Below, piece by piece: positions 1 to 9,500 of a DNA stretch of 64,000 nucleotides. The translations under genes and the position numbers were made by a program. Source of the DNA: a virus; the IMG/VR virus record IMGVR_UViG_3300045918_000320, positions 17,293-81,292 of that record. The stretch is one strand, 5' to 3'. How positions within the stretch are numbered: the first letter of the stretch is position 1; each line of letters begins with the position of its first letter. A model generated the notes under the pieces. It made no database searches. It was not told the DNA's origin and worked only from the letters and a program-made list of their open reading frames with translations.

Positions 1-10
1 TTTTTAACTA

Positions 11-259
11 CTATATCAGACATAATTGACCTCTTATAATTAAAGTTCCCTCTACTCTAATTCTTCGTTTAACTATCATTTGTTGATTAATTGGTATTGT
101 AACTGTGGTACTAGCTGGTACATTATTATATGAGAAATTGTCAGAGTCTCCAGTTCCAGTAAACCCTATATGAGTAAGAGCATTTGATAAATCATATTCA
201 GTAGGAATATCTAATTCCACTCCGTCTACTTCTAATACTGCTACTTTAATTGTTCCCAT
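11..259 (-). CDS. small hypothetical virion-module protein
   Basis: 82-aa ORF with SD (AAGGA) upstream, co-oriented with structural genes. Confidence 0.6.
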   Translation of the reverse strand: MGTIKVAVLEVDGVELDIPTEYDLSNALTHIGFTGTGDSDNFSYNNVPASTTVTIPINQQMIVKRRIRVEGTLIIRGQLCLI

Positions 260-270
260 TTTTATCCTTT

Positions 271-297
271 AAAAGAAGCCTCGTATTTCTACGAGGC
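271..297 (-). terminator. intrinsic terminator after head-fibre gene
   Basis: GCCTCGTA-4nt-TACGAGGC hairpin followed by T-rich tract on minus strand. Confidence 0.6.
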
Positions 298-328
298 CCT
301 TACTTACCCCCCGAAAAGAGTAAGGTGA

Positions 329-1813
329 TTAAGCGTTCTTTTTAACGTGAGATACATTTAAGATCAAATCTGTTGCATTTTTAGCTTCACCAGCTAACCA
401 TACGTTGTTACCAGATCCACTTGGAATAGAAGTTGATAAAGCACTTCCTGTCCAGTAATATTTTGCACCTGCAGTAGCACTAGTTAAAACACCAGCACAA
501 ATAGATTCAACTGCTTTTACGTAAACAATTTGACCTACAGTAACTGCATTCATTGCTATACCTATAGCTTGAGTGTTGTTAGCTAAAGTTGAGTATACAG
601 ATACAGTATCGTTTGCTGACATATAAACTAATTGACCTTTAGCAATTGTTCCACCAGCAGTATAAGGTTGACCTACACTTGCAGCAGCAGCAGCTAATTG
701 TTGTAAAGCAGCTTCTACGTTATCAGTAGAAAAAAAAGATCCAGCATCTGCAATTGGCATATCAACAGCAGAAACTTGTCCTGCTCCTGTACCAAAATCA
801 ATCATAGTATCTTTAATACCTAAAGCTTTTACTCGTAAAGTATCAACATTTATTTCGATAGAAGAAGCATCTACATTTACTGATAGTACTCCTGAAGAAA
901 ATCCTAATCCAGCTCCGGCAGCAGAAGAGTCAATTTGAATATCATTACCTACTTTTACTAATCCAGTAGACGCCGTAATAGAATCAGCAGCATTAAAGAA
1001 TACAAAGTTAATTGCATCTGTACCAATTGTTACTACTGTACCTTGTTGTACAAAAGCTTTACCAGCGTTAGAACCTAATTGAACAGCAGTATACGCACCA
1101 TTGATTTCGTCAATTGGAGTAATAGCATCAAAATCAGTAGCTCTAACTGGAGCACCTGAAGCTTGAACGATATAGATACCATTTTCAGCAGGAGCAACTT
1201 GATCCTTAATTAAAATACGCACTCCAGCTACTAAAGTTACAGTATCTACTACTTGACCAGCAGCAAAAGACGTAGCTAAAGTTCCAGCTACTACAGTAGC
1301 AACAGAAACAGCAGCTTTTGGCTTAAGACCTTGTTGGTAAGATTGTAAAGTTTGTAAATTAACAGCATCTGTACCTGTAGATGGATCTGCTAAGTTAGTT
1401 AACTTAAATCCGCCCATAGATTGAGCACCTGTAAATGCTCTAGTACCATCAGCTTTAGTATAGATAGTGTGGTCATCATCACCTAATCCAGCTAAAGTTC
1501 CGTGATCTAATGCAGCGTTTAAAACTGAAGTATTAATCAATGAATTGATATACCCAGCAGCATCAGTTTGAACAGGTTTTGAAGCATCAGCTACTCCAGC
1601 AGAAGATGAAATAAATTCATTTTCTCTGAAATAACGAGCATCATGAATGTGTTCGTCTGCAGCATCAGCACCATCAACTAAGTGACCTAACTTTGTATCA
1701 GTTAGTTCTTTTGTTGCAGTTTTAAATGATGCAAGTTGTAGAGAGTCCGTTGCAGCCGAGGCTTCTTGATCGAAACCGTCTGCGTTTTTGTAAATTACCT
1801 TAATATCAGCCAT
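329..1813 (-). CDS. head/tail fibre protein with C-terminal capsid-cement (DUF2190-like) domain
   Basis: Ala/Gly/Thr-rich; fibre motifs ADGTRAFTG..LTNLADP..DAVN and RILIKDQ..ENGIY..RATDFD; C-terminal IAKGQLVY..AIGIA pattern. Confidence 0.7.
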   Translation of the reverse strand: MADIKVIYKNADGFDQEASAATDSLQLASFKTATKELTDTKLGHLVDGADAADEHIHDARYFRENEFISSSAGVADASKPVQTDAAGYINSLINTSVLNAALDHGTLAGLGDDDHTIYTKADGTRAFTGAQSMGGFKLTNLADPSTGTDAVNLQTLQSYQQGLKPKAAVSVATVVAGTLATSFAAGQVVDTVTLVAGVRILIKDQVAPAENGIYIVQASGAPVRATDFDAITPIDEINGAYTAVQLGSNAGKAFVQQGTVVTIGTDAINFVFFNAADSITASTGLVKVGNDIQIDSSAAGAGLGFSSGVLSVNVDASSIEINVDTLRVKALGIKDTMIDFGTGAGQVSAVDMPIADAGSFFSTDNVEAALQQLAAAAASVGQPYTAGGTIAKGQLVYMSANDTVSVYSTLANNTQAIGIAMNAVTVGQIVYVKAVESICAGVLTSATAGAKYYWTGSALSTSIPSGSGNNVWLAGEAKNATDLILNVSHVKKNA

Positions 1814-1848
1814 TCTTTCCTCCTATTAGTAGTGTATAGCTACAATAC

Positions 1849-1858
1849 TAGTTGTTAA
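1849..1858 (-). promoter_or_regulatory. late-promoter motif TTAACAACTA
   Basis: exact copy of repeated motif, 36 nt upstream of the start at 1813. Confidence 0.7.
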
Positions 1859-2196
1859 TCTATAATTTCTCCAGTATTGGGATTGTAACTGAATTTATCA
1901 CTTTCTAGCTCGTGATTTTTCATAATATCTCCCATAGCCGCAGTATATAAAGCCTTTTCCTGCGAGTATTTATGGTGACATTCTCCCACTACTCTTTTTT
2001 GTCTTTCTATTTGAGCTTCCATAAGCTTGTATTCTAAAATCATATTCTTAAGTAACTGTTCTTCTACTGCCATTTTTAATTTAGCATTTTCTATAGTTAA
2101 AGGCATAGTTTCTACTTTTAGCCTTTCGTCTATTGTTAAAACTTTACTTACTGGTTCTTCTTGTACTTCTTGCTGTCTTTTACTTACTTTTGCCAT
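1855..2196 (-). CDS. coiled-coil hypothetical protein (possible fibre chaperone)
   Basis: 113 aa, heptad-like E/K/L pattern, GGAG SD. Confidence 0.5.
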   Translation of the reverse strand: MAKVSKRQQEVQEEPVSKVLTIDERLKVETMPLTIENAKLKMAVEEQLLKNMILEYKLMEAQIERQKRVVGECHHKYSQEKALYTAAMGDIMKNHELESDKFSYNPNTGEIID

Positions 2197-2208
2197 AAAA
2201 TCTCCTTA

Positions 2209-2640
2209 TTAAATGAATACTGGTCTTAGTGGATTAATAAATACTTCTCCATTTCCGTAAGATCTACCTACTACTGTAGTTGAAGATGCGGCTGGAGTAT
2301 TAGGTTTTGTGTCAGTAGTAGCTCCGGCAGTATCTAAAAATATAGTAGAATTTAAAGGAAATACATTAAATGCTGGATCGTTAATTATTCCCATAATTAA
2401 AACATCTACTAAATTTCCTGCTGTAACATTATTTAAAGCCATACCAACTACAAATGCATCGTCAGGAGTAGTATTATTATTAGCTAATTTTACTTCTCCT
2501 ATTGCATTATAAGATAGTACATCTGTTCTAACTATATCTTCAGCCGCTATTCTCTGAATAACTAAATACGTAGAGCTATCGGCTGTAATAGCATCTGTAA
2601 AATCTAAAGTGCCTGTAAATGGATTCCATCTATAAGCCAT
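2209..2640 (-). CDS. capsid cement/decoration-like protein
   Basis: AAEDI..VVGMALNNVTAGNLVDV pattern like the C-terminal domain of 329..1813; N-terminal NPFTGTLD. Confidence 0.6.
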   Translation of the reverse strand: MAYRWNPFTGTLDFTDAITADSSTYLVIQRIAAEDIVRTDVLSYNAIGEVKLANNNTTPDDAFVVGMALNNVTAGNLVDVLIMGIINDPAFNVFPLNSTIFLDTAGATTDTKPNTPAASSTTVVGRSYGNGEVFINPLRPVFI

Positions 2641-3378
2641 TTATATTTTCCTAACTCTAGTTAATACTCTTTTTGTAGCATCTGAGTATGTTATTTCTAT
2701 TGTTGTAGCTAAAGTTGAAGTTAAATAATAAGCATATTGCTCTGTTGTAGAAGTAGGATATACTACTTGTATTTCATCAAATTGAATATTAGATAACAGG
2801 GAACCTTGCATTTTTGTATCAATACTCTGCAAGGAATTATTTCCTGTTACTTGGTTAGCCGATGTAGCCAAAGCTCCAGCACCGCTTAGTACTGCTGTAA
2901 CACTATCTTGACTACTATTTAAATTTCTAATATTCTGAGTGTTTGCTGGCTCAGTTTTTTGTTCTAATTCTGTTAGTATAGTATCTTGTTTAGCTAAAAT
3001 ATTATTTAATTGTCCAATTTGAATAGACTGATTAAATGCAGAGGCATCTCCTCCCCCAGAAGTTCCCCCGGAGGCTACGTGAAATCCACTACCAATAATT
3101 TCTACATAAGTAGAATTTGAAGAGTATGTAGTACAAGTAATTTCTAGAAAATCAAATAGAGAAATATCAAAAACTACTTCTTGACTACCTACTATTGTTC
3201 CTATTAATCCAAAAGAATCTTTGCCTTGTATCTTTCCTCTAATTTGAAATATGTTTGTAGATGCAGCATTTATTACCTCAAATTTAGCTTGAGTGTCTTC
3301 ATCAATATCAAATATCCCCAGATTTTTCACTGAGGATACGTATTGATTTATGCCGAATTTACCTGAAGAAGAAGCCAT
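2641..3378 (-). CDS. virion structural protein
   Basis: N-terminal ~100 aa similar to 4795..5487 (KFGI..DIDEDT..GSGF). Confidence 0.55.
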   Translation of the reverse strand: MASSSGKFGINQYVSSVKNLGIFDIDEDTQAKFEVINAASTNIFQIRGKIQGKDSFGLIGTIVGSQEVVFDISLFDFLEITCTTYSSNSTYVEIIGSGFHVASGGTSGGGDASAFNQSIQIGQLNNILAKQDTILTELEQKTEPANTQNIRNLNSSQDSVTAVLSGAGALATSANQVTGNNSLQSIDTKMQGSLLSNIQFDEIQVVYPTSTTEQYAYYLTSTLATTIEITYSDATKRVLTRVRKI

Positions 3379-3396
3379 TTTAACCCTTAATAATTC

Positions 3397-3414
3397 CTAT
3401 AAGTAGTTGTTAAA
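3397..3414 (-). promoter_or_regulatory. late-promoter motif TTTAACAACTACTTATAG
   Basis: 18-bp copy identical to those at 12021 and 22100. Confidence 0.75.
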
Positions 3415-3440
3415 GGTAGGTTTTACCCTACCCTAATGGC

Positions 3441-4784
3441 TTAAATATTGGTAACTGTAGCTCTGAATTTAATTGTGTTAGATACAAATCCAGCAGAGTT
3501 AGCTGAAGTATATTGTACTTGTCCACCTGAAGTTATACTAAACACTACTCCAGAATCATCTCCTACGCCATTTACAGACATTACAAATCCTGTACCTGTT
3601 TGTATACCCATTAGTTCGAAAGTCTCGTATAAGCTTGCTGTAGCGTTTATAGCAACACTTACTTGAGCTTTAAAGCTTCTAACTACTGAACTAGAAAAAG
3701 CTAGACCAGTTACATTTGCCACAGAAGTTACGTTATTAGATGCTGAAAAAGAAGTGTGAGAAATATCCCCTAAAGTAGAAGAAGATCCAATTAAAGAATC
3801 GGCATAAGCTTTAACAGCTTTTGCTGAAGGTAAAGTATCATCACTAGCAGATACGGAACTTAAATCTGTATCTAATACTCCAGAAGCTAACATAGCTACT
3901 GTTAAATTAGAAATTGTATTACTAGAAGCATCAATTGTTTTGTTAGTTAAAGTAGCTGTAGCACTATTTTTTGTAGCATCAGAAGTATTGTCAACATTTC
4001 CTAACGAAACATCAGATTTAGTAAGAGTTACTACTCCGGTTTGTCCGTTTACCGAAACTACAGTATTAGAATTAATTGACTTTTCCCAAATTGAACCAGA
4101 ATAAACTGCCCAATCACCTACTGCAAAAGATATTGCACCTGCACCAAAATTATAAGATCCGGCTACACTTGCTAAATAAACCATACCAGCATTAGCAGCA
4201 GAATCTCCATTTAAAAGTGGAGTAGCTGGAGTAGCTGAAGCATCAAAAGTTCCTTCATAAGTCATTACTGAGTTTGGAAGTTGAGAAGCTGGAACTTTAC
4301 CTCCAGCATCTAGAGTAGCTACACCTGAATTAGCACCTTTTTCAGAAGTGTTAATTTTTAATGCTAAAGCGTCAAATACAGCGTTTTGAGAAGGAGCTAC
4401 ATCTGTAACTGCATCTGCGATACTATCTGCTACTGCAGCAGATTTTGCGGCTGAAGAAAAGTCAGAAATTGTAGCTGCTAATTGAGTACCAGTATGGTTA
4501 GCTCTATTAGTAGCGTCTACATTTGGTACATTTCCTAATCCAACTTGTGCTTTTGTAACACTATGGGGATTAGAAGTATTACTTGTATGCGAAGTTAAAT
4601 CACTTGCATTAGCTTTATTTCCAATTTGAGTTTGAATTGCACTGGTAACTCCGGATAAATATCCAAGTTCAGTGTTAGATACTGCAGAAGATTCAACTTC
4701 TCCAGAAGCACTAATTTGTAATGCTTTACTTGCCGTTTCTGCTGGGAGTTTTAACTTCCCTGTAATTTTAAATGGTGCTGTCAT
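3441..4784 (-). CDS. tail fibre protein
   Basis: NPHSVTKAQVGLGNV, NRANHTGTQ and VVSVNGQTGVVTL fibre repeats. Confidence 0.75.
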   Translation of the reverse strand: MTAPFKITGKLKLPAETASKALQISASGEVESSAVSNTELGYLSGVTSAIQTQIGNKANASDLTSHTSNTSNPHSVTKAQVGLGNVPNVDATNRANHTGTQLAATISDFSSAAKSAAVADSIADAVTDVAPSQNAVFDALALKINTSEKGANSGVATLDAGGKVPASQLPNSVMTYEGTFDASATPATPLLNGDSAANAGMVYLASVAGSYNFGAGAISFAVGDWAVYSGSIWEKSINSNTVVSVNGQTGVVTLTKSDVSLGNVDNTSDATKNSATATLTNKTIDASSNTISNLTVAMLASGVLDTDLSSVSASDDTLPSAKAVKAYADSLIGSSSTLGDISHTSFSASNNVTSVANVTGLAFSSSVVRSFKAQVSVAINATASLYETFELMGIQTGTGFVMSVNGVGDDSGVVFSITSGGQVQYTSANSAGFVSNTIKFRATVTNI

Positions 4785-4794
4785 AGTTTTCTCC

Positions 4795-5487
4795 TTATTC
4801 TATTATTATTTTTCCTACAAACCGAGTATCGGGCGTAATCACTGCATAAATTGTTATATTATTACTTGTATCAATATTTACTGGAGCAATTAATAAATCA
4901 AAACTACTTCCATTATTTTCGTAACAATTTACTACAGGATTTGCTATAGCATGTGTACTAAATGGAATAGTTAAGACATATTCTCCAGAAAATGTAGCCC
5001 AATCTGTTAAAGTAATAGTTTTAACATATTTTGTAGCTAAGCTAGAGCCTCCTCCGCCTACAGATCTAATATCTATAATATTTGGAGAAATGCTAGAAAT
5101 AATTACACTACTATCACTAGAAATTAATTCTAAAGTATCTAATCCTGTTAAATCTCCGTCAGGAGTAGTTATAGTATGTACTCCAGAAGTTAATTGAAAT
5201 CCGCTACCAACTAATTCAACTAATCCGCCTATTGCTGAGAATACTGTACATTCTAATCTGACAAAATCATACATACTAACAGTAAAATCTTTTTGACCAG
5301 ATCCAGTTAGAGTATCAACTATTGTCCAAGTATCCTGACCAGCAATTCTTCCGTATAAAACTATAGTATTACTCGGAGCTGCTCGATTAGTAATTAATCT
5401 TATTTTTGTATCATCCGTAATGTCAATTTCGGGAGCAAATACACTTGCACCTTGTAGGTATTCTTTAATACCAAATTTATTTGACAT
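4795..5487 (-). CDS. virion structural protein, paralog of 2641..3378 N-terminus
   Basis: shared N-terminal domain; position in tail module. Confidence 0.55.
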   Translation of the reverse strand: MSNKFGIKEYLQGASVFAPEIDITDDTKIRLITNRAAPSNTIVLYGRIAGQDTWTIVDTLTGSGQKDFTVSMYDFVRLECTVFSAIGGLVELVGSGFQLTSGVHTITTPDGDLTGLDTLELISSDSSVIISSISPNIIDIRSVGGGGSSLATKYVKTITLTDWATFSGEYVLTIPFSTHAIANPVVNCYENNGSSFDLLIAPVNIDTSNNITIYAVITPDTRFVGKIIIE

Positions 5488-5499
5488 TTTATTCCTTTT

Positions 5500-5922
5500 T
5501 TATTTTACTCTTCTAGAAATTTTATAAACTAACACTTCTAAACTATCAGCTTGCCCAGCTAATAAATTTTGTGTACCTACTGATACTGAAGGATCTTTAC
5601 AAGCTTGATCTAACATTGTTAAAGTAGCTTGTAATTGTTTTAGAATTTCCATATAAAATTCTTTATTTTCCGAAACACCTTTAGTTTTTAATTGAGATAA
5701 AATCTCTGTAGCTTTTTGATTAATTAACATTAAATCTACATGTTCTTCGCCATTTAATCCAATATGTCTTTCAATTAATTGATCGTAAAAATCTTCTGCT
5801 TGTCCGTAAACTTCAGCAAAAAATGCATGGTCGGGGAAGAATGCTACTTTAGCAGCTAAATGGTGAGCTTGTACAGCAAAAAGGTATAAAGCACGATAAT
5901 GAACAGCAATTTGTAACAACAT
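5500..5922 (-). CDS. Dps/ferritin-like four-helix protein
   Basis: AHH..DHAFFAEVY..DQLIER resembles the Dps ferroxidase pattern (H-x11-H..D-x3-ER). Confidence 0.6.
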   Translation of the reverse strand: MLLQIAVHYRALYLFAVQAHHLAAKVAFFPDHAFFAEVYGQAEDFYDQLIERHIGLNGEEHVDLMLINQKATEILSQLKTKGVSENKEFYMEILKQLQATLTMLDQACKDPSVSVGTQNLLAGQADSLEVLVYKISRRVK

Positions 5923-5931
5923 AAAAAGCTC

Positions 5932-6525
5932 CTATATTTTAGCTCTAAGTACTGCTATTTGATTATCTATTGATACTATAAAACTATTATCTCCAGAAAT
6001 TACAGCTTCTCTTACTCTTCTTGGAGTAATACTAGCTTCTAATTCTGCTATTTCTTTTTGTATAGCTTCTTTAGAATTTTTTAATTCTACTACAGCTACA
6101 AAGTCAAATAATTCATCTCTAGTTGGACATGGAATATTCGTAAATCTCCAATCCTGAATTTGTCCATTTACAATATTTATAGAATCATTTTCTGTATCTC
6201 TCAATGCAGATTTATCTTTTAAATATTCTTCAATTAATATTGCTATATCAATTTCTTTTATACAGATATTTTTGTGAGCATTTAAAATTTCTTCTGTAGA
6301 AGGAAATACTTCAAAATAAGTTTCTGTTGCCTGAATAGTTTCGTCGTATGCTGGTAAAGCAGATTCAATTACAGTCTCTCCATTCATTCTAGCCGGTACT
6401 GCATCGTGATGAATTACTTGATCCACAATTCTAGTCTTAGCTATTTTGTCAAATCCTGTAGAAGTGATTACAAAATCTACTCCTTCTTTTAATCCAAATT
6501 GTTCTAATATTTTTTTATAGTTCAT
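5932..6525 (-). CDS. probable tail fibre assembly protein
   Basis: directly downstream of long fibre; C-terminal LEASITPRRVREA..QIAVLRAKI resembles phage fibre chaperones. Confidence 0.5.
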   Translation of the reverse strand: MNYKKILEQFGLKEGVDFVITSTGFDKIAKTRIVDQVIHHDAVPARMNGETVIESALPAYDETIQATETYFEVFPSTEEILNAHKNICIKEIDIAILIEEYLKDKSALRDTENDSINIVNGQIQDWRFTNIPCPTRDELFDFVAVVELKNSKEAIQKEIAELEASITPRRVREAVISGDNSFIVSIDNQIAVLRAKI

Positions 6526-6559
6526 TTTCTATCCTTTGCTGTGTTATGTACTTGTAACA

Positions 6560-9500
6560 CTATTTAATTTTTTCTATTAAGAACGATGTATAAATTTCAT
6601 TTTCCCCATCAGTAAATGCAGCACCTCTACCGTTTGTCTGTGCCCCTATATCTTGTAATTCAAATATACAAGTTTGAGTTATAGTAAATATTCCATCAAT
6701 TGTAGAAGTATTTGCATCTGCTATTGCTGATACTCTACCTAATTTTAAACCTACTGCTGAAGTAGTTCCTGTAGTTATATTTCTAAGTCTTGAACTTAAA
6801 GAAGATGCACCTGCTGAACCTGTATAAAAAGAAACTCCTCCACTAATAGAATAAGTTCCTGCTGCTAATTGAACTTGAGTATTAGTACCGTTTGTTCCTG
6901 TAAATGCTGAAGAGTTTTGTACAATTCCAAAAGGGTCTATTAAAGTATTTATTGGTCTAGCTGAAAAAGATGATAATGTATTTCCACCATTTGTACCTGA
7001 AGTATATTGAGTAGAAATATGTGCAATCTTTGGCATTAAATTAGGTAACGAAACTAAACTAGGTGATTTTGAAGCATTGATTACGAAGTAACCTGAAGTG
7101 TAAGAACTTGCTGCAGCATCTTGTCCAATATACCTTACTGTGCTAGTTAAAAATGGAGAACCTGCATCAATTGTTAATACTCCAGTTACTTCATTATACA
7201 TAACCCGTGTACCAATTTCAGTGTTTGTGCTGAATATTGACCAATCTGTACTTATAGTTGTACTTTTTGCTAAAGCAGCATAAGCATTTACTTGATAAGA
7301 TTTTAATCCAATTCCAATAAATATATCTGCCCTAGCTGGTAAAGCTGAAGTTGATGCGGTATTATATGGTCTTGAAAAGATCTGAATACCGTTTGTATTC
7401 ATAGAACTTGTAGTTTGAGTAGGTGCCGTATTAGCTATGACAGCACTAACACTGTTAGCAGCATAAGTATAAGTATTAAAAGTCCCTATAGCATCCGAAG
7501 TAGTGATAGCAGTACTCTTAAATACAAAACTCATTGTATCTGAACTTACTTGTTGAGTTGGAGAGGCTGTAGCTCCGTTGTCGGCTGTGGCTAGGATATT
7601 TACTTGTGTAAAACCAGTTAAATTAGTGCTAGACCTTTGTAATCTTATTACATCGTTAGCTGTTAATCTTATTGTAGTAGATGCACCAATAAAATAAATA
7701 TTAGATGTATCTTCTACTGCCATTATTCCATTAGGTACTCCAGTAGTAAGAGTTGTTGAGTTTTTTGTTACATAATAAGTAGTAGTACCTGAAGCAGTAG
7801 CATTTGCACTTAATGTAAATGCACAATCTTTTAATGCTTTAAAGCTAGTACCATTCACAGAATCACTAATGACTTGAATTACTCCAACATTTGTATTCTT
7901 GGTTATGTTTAAAACTGGTACACCTGTATTTGTAGAACCAAAAGTTGATGTAGCTGTTAATGCTTCAATCGCTTCTGTATCAGTAGTCTTCATATTCACA
8001 AAAGGGGTTACGTCTACTGAGGTTAAATTAGGTTTACCGACTTTTGAGATAGTGAATTTAGCTTCAAATGTTCCATCTGAACCTGTAGATGTTCCGTTAG
8101 AGTGTGCTCTTATTACATCTCCTGCTTGTAAGTATCCTTGCCAAGAAACTGTATTCGAGTATGATGAGTTCTCCGAGTGAGAGTTAGATAAAACTTCAGA
8201 AGGATTGGCTAGTAAAAATATATTTACAGTTGGTTGAGTTGTATTTTTTGTAATACCGAACTCAGAAACTGTGGAAAAAAGATCTGAGTATGATATACCA
8301 TAAGTTCCACTTGTATTTACAGTAAAATACCCACCTAAAGCAGCATCATCAGTATAAGTAATATCTCCACCAATATTTTGAACAGTATTAGAAAATCTTC
8401 TAATTTTTGTATTAGTACTCCCATACCCATTTGCAGTACGTAGTTGAACACAAGAATCCGACTGACTCCACTGAGGTAAAACATTAGAGAAATTTGCTGC
8501 AATTGACGTTTCTGTGAGTGAGAGATTAAATTGATTTGTCCCTACCGAAACTATAGTAGTATTTCCAGATATTCTTATTTTATCTCCTATATTTACATAC
8601 CCACTCCACGACAGAGTCTTAACTCTCGAAGCCACGTTACTTGATACCGACATAGCCTCGCTAGCTAGTGGATCTGTAGTAAGCACTTGCATATTTTTAG
8701 TAATAAAGAATGTACCGTCAGCAGAATTTACGGAAGCATTTACCGATAAACTCCCTGCTTTATTTACCGTAACCACTGTACCGTTAGCGGCACTATTTAC
8801 TACACTCCACGCATCCCCTTGAGTAATAGTTTGTGTGTCAAACTTTACCGTGTAGGTATCTGTACTCCCTCTAGCACTAGCACCTTCAAATCTCAATTGA
8901 TGAGTTGGGATAGTGATTTTAGAATCAGAAGATACGTTAAGTTGTTTTAGTGAACCCTGTTTAGAGATACTAAATTTAGCTTCTAAAGTACCGTTTGTTC
9001 CTGCCGGAGAACCATTTGTATGACATCTTATAACATCATTTACATATAAATATCTTGTAGTTTGTGCTGTGCTGAATAAGTTAGCAGCGGAGCCGACACC
9101 AATTGCAATTAATTCTGAAGCATTTGTTAGTGAATCCACGTTTGTAGTTGGTTGGGTAGTATTTAAAGTAATACCAACATATGGAGCAGTGTTTACTGCT
9201 TCTACAAACATCATTGAGTACATACCCTCTTCTTTAATTACAAAAGAAGCTCCTAAAGCAGCATCATCAATATACTGAATTGAACTTCCTAAATTTTGAT
9301 GTATATTTGAAAATCTTCTAATTTTAGTATTAGTTGAGCCGTATCCATTAGCAGTTCTTACTGCAATAATACTATCAGGAGTCTGAACTAATTGAGCTGT
9401 AGTAAGAGGGATTGTAGTAGTTGTAGAAGTAGAAGCTGTTAGTCCTGCAATTGGTACTGAAGCAAAGAAAGAAAAAGTCATACCAGAAGTAGCAAAAACC

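Noticed and set aside
8385-9362. Diversity-generating retroelement TR/VR pair in the tail fibre
   Set aside because: Both repeats are in frame and differ mainly at synonymous positions rather than at adenines; no reverse transcriptase in the window.
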